From: a virus
Taxonomy: Duplodnaviria; Caudoviricetes
Virus record (IMG/VR): IMGVR_UViG_3300037471_001740
Span: 1-64,000 of that record
Direction: 5' to 3' (one strand)
Length of the DNA stretch: 64,000 nt
The notes beneath the pieces were generated by a model, which saw nothing but the letters and a program-made list of their open reading frames with translations, had not been told where the DNA came from and made no database searches. Numbering within the stretch: the first letter of the stretch is position 1; every line of letters begins with the position of its first letter. Made by a program: the position numbers and the translations under genes. Of this stretch, positions 1 to 7,752 are shown in pieces.

Positions 1-318
1 ATGATCAACATCGACGCGGCGTTCTCGCAATTCCCTGCCGGGCGGTATCGGCAGGACGGACCGCACTCCGGTCAGGCTTTCAGAGAAGACGTCCTGATTC
101 CCGCTTTGCGAGAGCAACAGGGCGTAGTTCACGTTTCATTAGATGGAACTTTGGGGCTTGGGTCGTCGTTCCTGGAGGAGGCCTTCGGCGGGCTGGTTCG
201 TGCCGGCTACTCGGCCAGTGAGCTGCACAACCGTCTGCGTATCACTTGCCGGCTGAAGTCCTACGAATCCCGTGCTTGGCAGTACATCGACGAAGCCGCA
301 AAAAAGGTAACTCAATAA
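1..318 (+). CDS. STAS-like domain protein (DUF4325 family); start may lie upstream of window
   Basis: Motifs GRYRQDGPHSGQAFRE and LDGTLGLGSSFLEEAFGGL typical of DUF4325. Confidence 0.8.
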   Translation: MINIDAAFSQFPAGRYRQDGPHSGQAFREDVLIPALREQQGVVHVSLDGTLGLGSSFLEEAFGGLVRAGYSASELHNRLRITCRLKSYESRAWQYIDEAAKKVTQ

Positions 319-329
319 CAAAGGGGCAA

Positions 330-857
330 ATGGAAATTCTTGAGTGGCTTGCAACCGGGGATAATTTCAAGAGCTACATCGCACCGCTGTTTTCGCCCTT
401 CATGGTCATAATCGGATGGCGGGTGATTTCTCGCGACAATGACCGTCGGGAGACCCGAAAAGAAACGCGTGCGCTGATCAACGATTTTGTGAAGAAGGTA
501 GACGAGCTTCAGAAGGATGCAAACCGGTACTTCTGTTTCTCAGATCGCGGGACTGCCGACGAACTTGAGGTGCAACTCAAACGAGCGCTGGAGCGACTGG
601 AACTGATGCTTGGGTACATGCACCGCATCGACAACGCTTTCGATGCTCAACCGCAACTCACAGCTCTTAGCGAACTGATAACTGGCCATCCAAATTTCGA
701 GTCGACTAACAAAACTTCTGTGCCGATGACCGACGGTCTGCATCTGCGCTTAGCCCTAACGTGCAGCAACCTGATCAAAGAGGTTGAGCATCAATTTATC
801 GATGCGCAAGTCAAGAAACGGAATTGGCTGACCGCGTGTTGGGACGACGCGAAGTGA
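330..857 (+). CDS. N-terminally membrane-anchored hypothetical protein
   Basis: ATG at 330 after AAAGGGG, 12 nt after the DUF4325 stop; hydrophobic IAPLFSPFMVIIGW segment followed by helical domain. Confidence 0.75.
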   Translation: MEILEWLATGDNFKSYIAPLFSPFMVIIGWRVISRDNDRRETRKETRALINDFVKKVDELQKDANRYFCFSDRGTADELEVQLKRALERLELMLGYMHRIDNAFDAQPQLTALSELITGHPNFESTNKTSVPMTDGLHLRLALTCSNLIKEVEHQFIDAQVKKRNWLTACWDDAK

Positions 858-864
858 CATAGTA

Positions 865-897
865 GCAACGGCCCACGAAATGGGCCGTTTGCTTTTC
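865..897 (+). terminator. Intrinsic terminator
   Basis: AACGGCCCA-cgaaa-TGGGCCGTT hairpin followed by TGCTTTT. Confidence 0.7.
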
Positions 898-914
898 GGC
901 ATAAGGAAAGCCGA

Positions 915-1364
915 TCACTCTTGAGGCGCACCCCGCGTCAACTTACCCCAGAAGAAACCGTGCACCTCTGTTAGTCGCCCGCGCCAGAGGACTCCCTCAT
1001 CGCTGTGCGGGATTGCGTTACCAGCCGCATCATAGAACTTCGCGTTACGCAGGTGCACAAATTGAGGCGCCGGCACGACTGGAGCTGCGAGCCCTTCCCT
1101 CATCTTTTTTGCGATATCGAGAATCTGCCCGCGATCGTGGTCAGGATTGCTCGACCCTTGCGCGAAGAGCTCGCTGAACTCTTCGAAATAAGTCGGCGAC
1201 GCGATCAAAGTACCGGCAATGAACATGCCGTTGACTTGCAAGGTGATGGCATATTCGGAGCCGTACTTGTTGACGCTGTCGACCACATTCTGCAAAAACC
1301 AATCGATTTTGGCTGGCTCGGCGCTTTGCACGCTGGATGCCGGTTCGTTTTGTTCTGTAGTCAT
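915..1364 (-). CDS. gvpU: GvpU-family protein (orphan)
   Basis: DWFLQ..V, ITLQVNGMFIAGTLI, FVHLRNAK and LWRGRLTEVHGFFWG match the GvpU family pattern. Confidence 0.75.
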   Translation of the reverse strand: MTTEQNEPASSVQSAEPAKIDWFLQNVVDSVNKYGSEYAITLQVNGMFIAGTLIASPTYFEEFSELFAQGSSNPDHDRGQILDIAKKMREGLAAPVVPAPQFVHLRNAKFYDAAGNAIPHSDEGVLWRGRLTEVHGFFWGKLTRGAPQE

Positions 1365-1468
1365 GGGCCCTAGTCTTTGATTGTTTGGACATCGATCTTA
1401 GCTGACGACGCATTTTTCAGCAGCATTGTTTGGCGACGAGCCGTGCCATGCAGGGCCGTCGCCGCACT

Positions 1469-2260
1469 TTAGAACAGGCTTGCTGGTTGGGCCGCGTCGT
1501 CCCAGTTGAAGATAATTACCTCCTTCCGCGCTGCCTCTTTCCCGCCTCCACCAACGATGTACTTGATATCGACGGTCTCGATGTGGAACCCGTCGAACGC
1601 CCGCCTGATGTCCGGATGGTCGTTCAGGCTAACAATCGCCTTGCCCTTTATCGATCGAAGCCGTGTAGCCATCTCCTGGTACTCGGAGAACGGGAACGGG
1701 ACGCCGTACCCCTCCGTCTGCCAGTACGGCGGATCCATGTAGAACAGCGTGTGCGGGCGGTCGTAACGGTCGATGCACGACTTCCAATCGAGGCGTTCCA
1801 CGAAGGTGCTGGCGAGCCGGAGATGGGCCGCGGACAGGTTTTCCTCCAGCCGCAGCAGATTCAGTCCCGGCGGCGATGTCGTCGCGGTTCCGAAGGTCTG
1901 CCCCTCAACCTTGCCGCCAAAGCAGCTTTGCTGCAGGTAGTAGAAGCGAGCCGCGCGCTGGATGTCGGTGAGCGTATCGGGCACAGTCTCCTGCAACCAC
2001 TTGAAGACCTGTCGGCTGGACAGCGCCCACTTGAACTGCCGAACGAACTCCTCAAGGTGATGCTGCACGACCCGATACAGGTTGACCAGCTCGCCATTGA
2101 CGTCGTTGATGACCTCCACCGCCGCCGGCGGACGCATGAAGTACAACGCCGCCCCACCTGCGAAGACCTCCACGTAACACTCGTGCTTCGGAAAACGCGG
2201 GATCAGATGATCCGCAAGACGGCGTTTGCCCCCGATCCAAGGAATAATTGGATTCGCCAT
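1469..2260 (-). CDS. dam: DNA adenine methyltransferase (Dam/D12 class)
   Basis: PWIGGKRRLA, EVFAGGAA (motif I) and DPPY (motif IV). Confidence 0.95.
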   Translation of the reverse strand: MANPIIPWIGGKRRLADHLIPRFPKHECYVEVFAGGAALYFMRPPAAVEVINDVNGELVNLYRVVQHHLEEFVRQFKWALSSRQVFKWLQETVPDTLTDIQRAARFYYLQQSCFGGKVEGQTFGTATTSPPGLNLLRLEENLSAAHLRLASTFVERLDWKSCIDRYDRPHTLFYMDPPYWQTEGYGVPFPFSEYQEMATRLRSIKGKAIVSLNDHPDIRRAFDGFHIETVDIKYIVGGGGKEAARKEVIIFNWDDAAQPASLF

Positions 2261-2302
2261 AGTGATTTTTGCCTTTCCGTTTTTGGATATACGTTAGAAT
2301 TC

Positions 2303-2404
2303 GGCCCGCCTACCGGTAGGTGTCAGGGCCTTGGCTAATTCACTGGCTCGATCAGTGGAAAGGCGACCGGCAACGTGTTAGCGCACGTCGCCGGTCGCCC
2401 TGTC
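2303..2404 (+). ncRNA. Putative structured antisense RNA in the dam leader (three hairpins, SymR-like 3' hairpin)
   Basis: GGCCC/GGGCC stem enclosing GCCTA/TAGGT; CACTG/CAGTG stem; GGCGACCGG/CCGGTCGCC stem with ACGTG-TTAGCG-CACGT; TAGAAT -10 at 2295-2300. Confidence 0.5.
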
Positions 2405-2465
2405 TTCCCCCACACAGGACGCGCAGGGGCGAAAGATGGGATTTCAGACTCAACGGACCGGGACA

Positions 2466-2481
2466 CTGTATGTTTACACAG
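2466..2481. promoter_or_regulatory. LexA SOS box
   Basis: CTGTATGTTTACACAG = CTGT-N8-ACAG. Confidence 0.85.
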
Positions 2482-2501
2482 TATCCAACCCATTCGCGTC
2501 T

Positions 2502-2814
2502 ATGTCTCTGCCCGAATTCATACCGCCGTCGCTCGATGAACTCCGTGCGTGCCCACTGGCGCACGCATCGAGGCGTAACGGACGTCGAACGATTGATTCT
2601 TGAAGTCCAGCATCAGCGGCAGGCGCTGGTGCAGATGCGCGCGCTCGTCACAGCCGGCATCGCCAACGCGCAGCGCAACGACCCGCTTGCCGTCGACGCC
2701 GCGTCGCCGCTACGCACACTGGAAACCCGGATCCTGCAGGAACTGGTGCGCATCGACCAGACGAATACTCCGGATGACACACTCCCGAAGGCCAGGATCC
2801 GCGAGCGCAGCTGA
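2502..2814 (+). pseudogene. Small SOS-box-linked gene frameshifted by a 4-bp CGTG duplication
   Basis: ATG 2502 reads MSLPEFIPPSLDELR; CGTGCGTG at 2544-2551; removing one copy joins it in frame to AHWRTHRGVTDVERLILEVQ...ERS*. Confidence 0.65.
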
Positions 2815-2904
2815 GCCCCCTTTGAATCGCGCAATATCATCCTCTGCGCGCCCTACGCCGTTTCATACGATGGCGTCTGCGGATGGACTGATCCCCAGAC
2901 GCCC

Positions 2905-2929
2905 GGCCCGTTATGCGGGCCATTTTTTT
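2905..2929 (+). terminator. Intrinsic terminator
   Basis: GGCCCG-ttatg-CGGGCC followed by ATTTTTTT. Confidence 0.75.
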
Positions 2930-3290
2930 ATCGACCCGACGCCCCTTCGTCTGGGCAGTTTTGCTGCCGCGTCTGCTCGTACGCGATGATCTCCCGCTTC
3001 GTCTCTGGCGTGTCGTTACGCGACGCCTTGAGCCTGGGCACCCATTTGCACGCGGAATCGATGATTCGAGGCGTTGGCGGAGGCGCTGGAGGCGCTGAAA
3101 CGCATCCCGATAGCACCAGCACCACGAGGCCGACGATCAGCAGCAGGATGCCGGAGATCGCAGCGCCGCCCGACATCAGCGTCGGCGCAAGATCGCCCGT
3201 GTCCGTCGACGCGCCGAACTTCCGGAAGAAGTGCACGCCGATCCACGTCAGCGCTACGCCCACCAACAGCAAAAGGTAGAGAAGGTTCAT
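2928..3290 (-). CDS. Lipoprotein, o-spanin-like (pair 2)
   Basis: Lipobox VLSGC, Pro-rich linker, IDSACKWV...TKREIIAYEQTRQQNCP tail typical of Rz1-like proteins. Confidence 0.7.
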   Translation of the reverse strand: MNLLYLLLLVGVALTWIGVHFFRKFGASTDTGDLAPTLMSGGAAISGILLLIVGLVVLVLSGCVSAPPAPPPTPRIIDSACKWVPRLKASRNDTPETKREIIAYEQTRQQNCPDEGASGR

Positions 3291-3296
3291 ATTGGC

Positions 3297-3608
3297 CTAG
3301 TCCTTTCGAAGTGCGCCGAGCTTGTCCAGTTCGGCATCGAGATCTGCGTCCGGAACGGCCGCAGCGGTCTGTGAAGCCGTCTGTGCGACTTCGACGGCCC
3401 TCGCTTCCGCAGCCGACGCAGCCGCATTACCCGCGTCGACCTCAGCCTGCTTTGTCGCGACGGCTGCAGCTGCATCCGATTGCGCCTTCGCGGCATCGGT
3501 CTGCGCTTGCTTCGTCTGCTGATGCTTGAACAGCGCATACAGCAGACTCGGAACGGCTACTGCAAGCCCTGTGATGAGCGGCCAAAGCGAAGAAAGAATT
3601 GCAGTCAT
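3297..3608 (-). CDS. Membrane-anchored coiled-coil protein, i-spanin-like (pair 2)
   Basis: GGAGG RBS; N-terminal TM (LWPLITGLAVAVPSLLYALF); Ala/Gln-rich helix. Confidence 0.65.
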   Translation of the reverse strand: MTAILSSLWPLITGLAVAVPSLLYALFKHQQTKQAQTDAAKAQSDAAAAVATKQAEVDAGNAAASAAEARAVEVAQTASQTAAAVPDADLDAELDKLGALRKD

Positions 3609-3783
3609 GTTTCGTGCCTCCAGCACATTGACCGTAGAGCGTCGCCACCTTGGTCGCGTAATCGCTCATGCTGTTGAAATCGGCTTTCGCCGGGGGATTG
3701 GGAAGAGGAGGACAGTCCCGTCGACCAGACCCTGCACAGCCGGCGAGAACGACGAGGAGCAGCAAAATCACTTTGCGTGTCAT
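3442..3783 (-). CDS. Lipoprotein, o-spanin-like (pair 1), reading through into the next gene
   Basis: Signal peptide with LAGC lipobox; CPPLPNPP...LYGQCA pattern; ATGA overlap with upstream gene. Confidence 0.65.
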   Translation of the reverse strand: MTRKVILLLLVVLAGCAGSGRRDCPPLPNPPAKADFNSMSDYATKVATLYGQCAGGTKHDCNSFFALAAHHRACSSRSESAVCAVQASADEASADRCREGAIGCSCSRRDKAG

Positions 3784-4274
3784 CGGCCAGCCTCCCTCAC
3801 CTTCCGGTTGGCCAGGTCGACCGCTCGCCCGAGTTCGGCGGGTGTGGGCACGACCGTCGACGACGTGACGATCGCGACGGCTGGTCGACGGGCGACGGTC
3901 ACCGCCGCCGAGCGCGCGGTCTTCGCCGCGCCCGCCGACGTGTCAGCCGCGTCCGCCGCCGTCTCAGCAGCGCTGTTCGCTGCGATGGCCGCGCTGCTGG
4001 CCACCGCAGCTGCTGCGCTGGCCACCTGAGCAGCCTGCGCAACCTGTGGGGCCAGACGCTGCAGGTCAGCCCCGTACATCGCGTTGAGTCGCCTGATTTC
4101 GCCCTCGTGCGCGGATCGCATGTCGACCAGCACCTCGTGCAGCCGGTACTCGCTGAATGCGAAGCCAACGACGGCACCGCCTGCCGCGAGAGCGAGCGCG
4201 AGCGCCCATCCTTCCAGCCGACGAGTAAGCCGCCTGAAACGGCTCTCGCCAGCCCTTGCATCACTTGGAATCAT
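3780..4274 (-). CDS. Membrane-anchored Ala-rich protein, i-spanin-like (pair 1)
   Basis: TM WALALALAAGGAVVGFAF followed by helical region; in lysis cassette. Confidence 0.6.
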   Translation of the reverse strand: MIPSDARAGESRFRRLTRRLEGWALALALAAGGAVVGFAFSEYRLHEVLVDMRSAHEGEIRRLNAMYGADLQRLAPQVAQAAQVASAAAAVASSAAIAANSAAETAADAADTSAGAAKTARSAAVTVARRPAVAIVTSSTVVPTPAELGRAVDLANRKVREAGR

Positions 4275-4668
4275 TGAGTCTCTCCCGCAGCTGGCGCACC
4301 TCTTTGCGCAGGTTTTCAAGCTCGGTGTTCTGAGCCACGATCGTTTCGTTTTGCTGGCGAACACGCTCCTCAAGCGCTGCCATCGCCTGTTGAACTTTCG
4401 CGATCTCGCGAATCGTGTCGTTGCGCTCCTTGTAGGCGTCATCCGTGCGCTGTTCCGCACGGTCTGCACGCGCATTCGCTTTTTCAAGCTGCTCGGACAG
4501 ACTGTCGATCAGGTCTTTCTCAGCCGAATCCCTGCGTCGCTCGACCCCGTCTTTCGACAGATATCGACGCAAACGCAGCGACGTCGCAAAGACCGCCGCA
4601 AGCCCACCTCCACCGATCCAGCCCCACACACTCGTCGAGTGCACGGCCAGCTCGTTCAAATCCGGCAT
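4261..4668 (-). CDS. Lysis-cassette TM plus coiled-coil protein
   Basis: N-terminal TM then about 100 aa heptad-rich coiled coil, directly after the endolysin. Confidence 0.7.
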   Translation of the reverse strand: MPDLNELAVHSTSVWGWIGGGGLAAVFATSLRLRRYLSKDGVERRRDSAEKDLIDSLSEQLEKANARADRAEQRTDDAYKERNDTIREIAKVQQAMAALEERVRQQNETIVAQNTELENLRKEVRQLRERLNDSK

Positions 4669-4686
4669 ATCGCTGCCCCCGCAGTG

Positions 4687-5253
4687 TTATTCGCCGAGCA
4701 TTGCCCGCTGTGACTGCCAGCCGTATTCGAAGCTTTCCTGCGAGCTTCTCCGCTCGGCGAGTTCGATGAAAAAGACTGATCGCAGCGAACGCACCATGAA
4801 TCGAAGGACAGAGATGCCCTGCCCACCGCGCGCGCCGATATACGCGCGCAACGCACCGAACGTCATCTGCCCCAACCCGCCGTCGACGCTGATGTCAGGA
4901 AAAGCGCTCGCCTGGTTGTTCAGGACATTGAGCGCGCGCTGCAGGAAGTGCACACCCGTCGCCGGCCCACTTGTTACGCCCGTGTCGGTCAGGTAGATCG
5001 CCAGTTCGCGATCGATGGCGTACAACTGATCGAACTTGGGTGCGATCCAGAAACGCTGCATGTACAGATCGATCGCCTCGTCGCGCGTCATCGTGTCGAC
5101 GGTGCGCTTGAAGCCGTATGCGGCTGCGGTCTTTTGCGTCCATCCCCACCGCGTGAGGCCACCGGCATCGTTCGGATCGTTGGTCACCTTGCCGTTACCT
5201 TCGCGCACCAGCAGATCTTCGAAGATCTGCGTCACTTCACTTGCGAGGGTCAT
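4687..5253 (-). CDS. Endolysin, glycoside hydrolase family 108 with peptidoglycan-binding domain
   Basis: REG..VTNDPNDAGGLTRWG, DTGVTSG and LQRALN...VDG motifs. Confidence 0.92.
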   Translation of the reverse strand: MTLASEVTQIFEDLLVREGNGKVTNDPNDAGGLTRWGWTQKTAAAYGFKRTVDTMTRDEAIDLYMQRFWIAPKFDQLYAIDRELAIYLTDTGVTSGPATGVHFLQRALNVLNNQASAFPDISVDGGLGQMTFGALRAYIGARGGQGISVLRFMVRSLRSVFFIELAERRSSQESFEYGWQSQRAMLGE

Positions 5254-5510
5254 TGCACGTCACCCCGACTGATCTTCGTGAGCCGTGCCAGCATGACCAG
5301 CATCAGACCGATCACCGGAACGACGCTAGCTTGCGCATTCGGGAAGAAGTGCATCACCCACGGCGCAATCTCCGGCCAGTGATCGGCTAGCATCGGAATC
5401 AGATGAGGCAATGCGAGGTACAGCGCGGCGAGCAGTGCCGACACACGCATCGACGACCATTTCAAGAATTCGTGTGCGTCGTCAACCAGTTCGATTTTCA
5501 GATTTTTCAT
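5250..5510 (-). CDS. Holin
   Basis: 86 aa with two hydrophobic segments; LVDD..KWSSMR motif; overlaps endolysin start; homologous to 48536-48802. Confidence 0.75.
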   Translation of the reverse strand: MKNLKIELVDDAHEFLKWSSMRVSALLAALYLALPHLIPMLADHWPEIAPWVMHFFPNAQASVVPVIGLMLVMLARLTKISRGDVQ

Positions 5511-5544
5511 AGATCCCCCATACGCAAAGCCACTTTGAAGCGGC

Positions 5545-5573
5545 AATAAAAAAGCCGCCCTCGCGGGGCGGCT
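5545..5573 (-). terminator. Intrinsic terminator between tail and lysis genes
   Basis: AGCCGCCC/GGGCGGCT stem followed by TTTTTATT on the minus strand. Confidence 0.75.
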
Positions 5574-5598
5574 ACCTGATACTTCTTTATTCGTTCTT

Positions 5599-5796
5599 CT
5601 ATTGATCAGCTTCGATCGGATCAGCCGGATCCGGCACGTTTCCCGCCGACGTCCACGGCTGAAAAATGTTTCGCCATTGCCACGAGCCTTCGACAAGGTT
5701 CCACGTATGCCCGTCCGCGTCGAAGTACCACACACGCGACGCGTCGACCTCCTTGGAGAAGGGATCGCGATACTGTTTGAATTGGATATCGCTCAT
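5599..5796 (-). CDS. Small tail-fibre assembly/chaperone-like protein
   Basis: Directly after the fibre; W..AGN.P.PAD C-terminal motif; homolog at 44434-44613. Confidence 0.7.
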   Translation of the reverse strand: MSDIQFKQYRDPFSKEVDASRVWYFDADGHTWNLVEGSWQWRNIFQPWTSAGNVPDPADPIEADQ

Positions 5797-5803
5797 GTAT
5801 CAC

Positions 5804-7750
5804 CTAGAGTCGCGAATCGAAAAATACCCGCGCACCAATTGCATTAAACGTGAAGTACGATGCTTGCCCGGCTGCACCGCCAGAACCGACCGCGTGCAGA
5901 TACCACGCCTGCGGCGATGTCGCGGTCGCAGATACGCCGCCCCATGCACCAGCACCTGCGTAGGCAGAAACCCCGCCCAAAATCGAGCAACTGGGTAGCT
6001 TCCAAAGCGGACGCGGCAATAGAGTGAACGTGTATGCGTCTGTCGTACCCAACGTCATCCCGTTGATCGTCGCGTTTGCCGTAAATGGCCCAAGCACCTG
6101 AGCGTAGTCGCTCATGCGATCGCGCTCGGCGGGACGTCCACGATAATCGAATGCCGTTGGCGCACCGCCCTTTCCAGTTGGATCCGCGCTTGATGTGGCC
6201 ACGGACTCTTCCACCTGCAGCTGACTGTAGAGGACGGTAAAAGTGACACCCGTTGCCATCAGCAGATCAATCCGCAGGTTATCGTCGCCAGACGTGCCCA
6301 ACGTCTTTCCAGCGACGCTTGGAATCGCCAGCAGAGCGCTGAACTTCTGTTCTGTGGGCGTCACGTTCCAAGCAACCGGCAGCGTGCCACTCACAGTCGG
6401 AGACGGGTTGCCGCCCGTGCCAAAGAATTGAGTCCACCGCACCCCCACCACGAGATTAGCCGCTACAAGCGATTGAAGCGAACCCTGCACGGTGACGCTC
6501 TGCCCGTTGTACTTCTCAACACCCCCGATCTTCTGGCCAATCGTTGGACTTGTTGTCGCAGCCGCCGTTTGCTGGTGGGAATATCGATACTTTGAACCAC
6601 GCCGCAAATACGTCGGTTCGCTCCCCAACGGGCGGGCAACCTGTGAGACGGTTGCGGTCCCACCCGTTCCCGCATTCGCGTACCACATGGTCGCCGTGTA
6701 CACGTCGCTCGCGCCGACGGCGAACGTCGTATTGACATCCCAGAAGTCGAAATTCCCGTCGATAAACCCGTTTTTGAAGCCAGCCGGCGTCGGCTGGATG
6801 AGCGCGCCTGCGAGCGTTAAATTGCCTGCCGCATCGGATTTCGCACTGGGGATCATCGCGAGCAGCAAAGCGGCAATCGCAGCCGGTGTGAGCGCAGTTA
6901 ACGACGTGATGTCATTGTTATCGCCCTTGGCCGCAGCGCCAAGATTTGTCCGCGCCTGAGAGGCGCTCGGAACGTCCGAGAGGTTGTTACCCTTGACCAG
7001 TGCATTGGCAAGTGTCGCAGCGGCATTCGCCGCACTTGCCGCAGCGGAATCGGCACTGTGTCCAGCATTCGTCTCGTGGTCCGAGGCTGCTGCTTCGCTT
7101 TGCGATGCAGCAGTGGCCGCCCCTGTCGCGATCCCGGCCTGCGCCGCCGCCGTGCCTGCGCTATCGCTCGCAGATTGCGCGCTTGCCGCACTATTCGCCT
7201 CGCTCTGCGCAGCAGCTGCCTTGGACGCGGCGGCCTGCGAAGCCGACAAAGCGGCATTCGACGCATTTTGCTGCTCCGACTCATCCTTGTCATGCCAGGC
7301 GCCATTGCTATAGACACGGATCTTGTCGGTCGTGGTGTTGTAATATTCCGCCCCGTCTTTAAGCGCATTCCCGTTTCCGTCGACAGCTGGATCCGCAGCA
7401 AAACTCCCGAGATACACCTCACGGAAAGCCGACAGCGCAGCGACGAGTGACCCCGAGGCGGCAGTAGCGGTCGCTGCATCATTGCTTGCTGACGTGCTCG
7501 CTGCTGATGCTGCAGCAGCATCCTGAGCGGCGGATGTCGCACTACCCGATGCAGCCGTCGCTGCCGCCGTGGCTACCTGAGCGGCGTCCTGAGCCGCCAC
7601 CTTGGCATCGCCCGTCGTCGTGATCGCGCCATCGAGATATGCGCGATCGTCGGGCGTGAGTTGCCCTACGGGGCCTTGCGGCCCCTGTGCACCCGTCGCG
7701 ATCTTGATGACCTTGGTCGGGCCGCCAAAATCGATTGTGATTTTCGCCAT
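5804..7750 (-). CDS. Side tail fibre (receptor-binding protein)
   Basis: Ala/Ser-rich Stf-like shaft, NNLSD..ARTNLG motif, beta-rich C-terminal tip. Confidence 0.85.
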   Translation of the reverse strand: MAKITIDFGGPTKVIKIATGAQGPQGPVGQLTPDDRAYLDGAITTTGDAKVAAQDAAQVATAAATAASGSATSAAQDAAAASAASTSASNDAATATAASGSLVAALSAFREVYLGSFAADPAVDGNGNALKDGAEYYNTTTDKIRVYSNGAWHDKDESEQQNASNAALSASQAAASKAAAAQSEANSAASAQSASDSAGTAAAQAGIATGAATAASQSEAAASDHETNAGHSADSAAASAANAAATLANALVKGNNLSDVPSASQARTNLGAAAKGDNNDITSLTALTPAAIAALLLAMIPSAKSDAAGNLTLAGALIQPTPAGFKNGFIDGNFDFWDVNTTFAVGASDVYTATMWYANAGTGGTATVSQVARPLGSEPTYLRRGSKYRYSHQQTAAATTSPTIGQKIGGVEKYNGQSVTVQGSLQSLVAANLVVGVRWTQFFGTGGNPSPTVSGTLPVAWNVTPTEQKFSALLAIPSVAGKTLGTSGDDNLRIDLLMATGVTFTVLYSQLQVEESVATSSADPTGKGGAPTAFDYRGRPAERDRMSDYAQVLGPFTANATINGMTLGTTDAYTFTLLPRPLWKLPSCSILGGVSAYAGAGAWGGVSATATSPQAWYLHAVGSGGAAGQASYFTFNAIGARVFFDSRL

Positions 7751-7752
7751 AG

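Noticed and set aside
915-1364. Gas-vesicle operon
   Set aside because: No other gvp genes in the window.
2352-2564. Com-like zinc-finger activator upstream of dam
   Set aside because: Only a vague IQCP segment and no paired CxxC motifs; it overlaps the LexA box and hairpins, so it is probably not coding.
1-3000. Left att core (tRNA fragment duplicate) of prophage 1
   Set aside because: No tRNA-Arg-like fragment seen by eye; the boundary must lie outside the window.
6960-7620. Ala/Ser repeats in the fibre shafts (also 45880-46200) as VNTR or mobile repeats
   Set aside because: Degenerate protein-level low complexity typical of Stf-like fibres.
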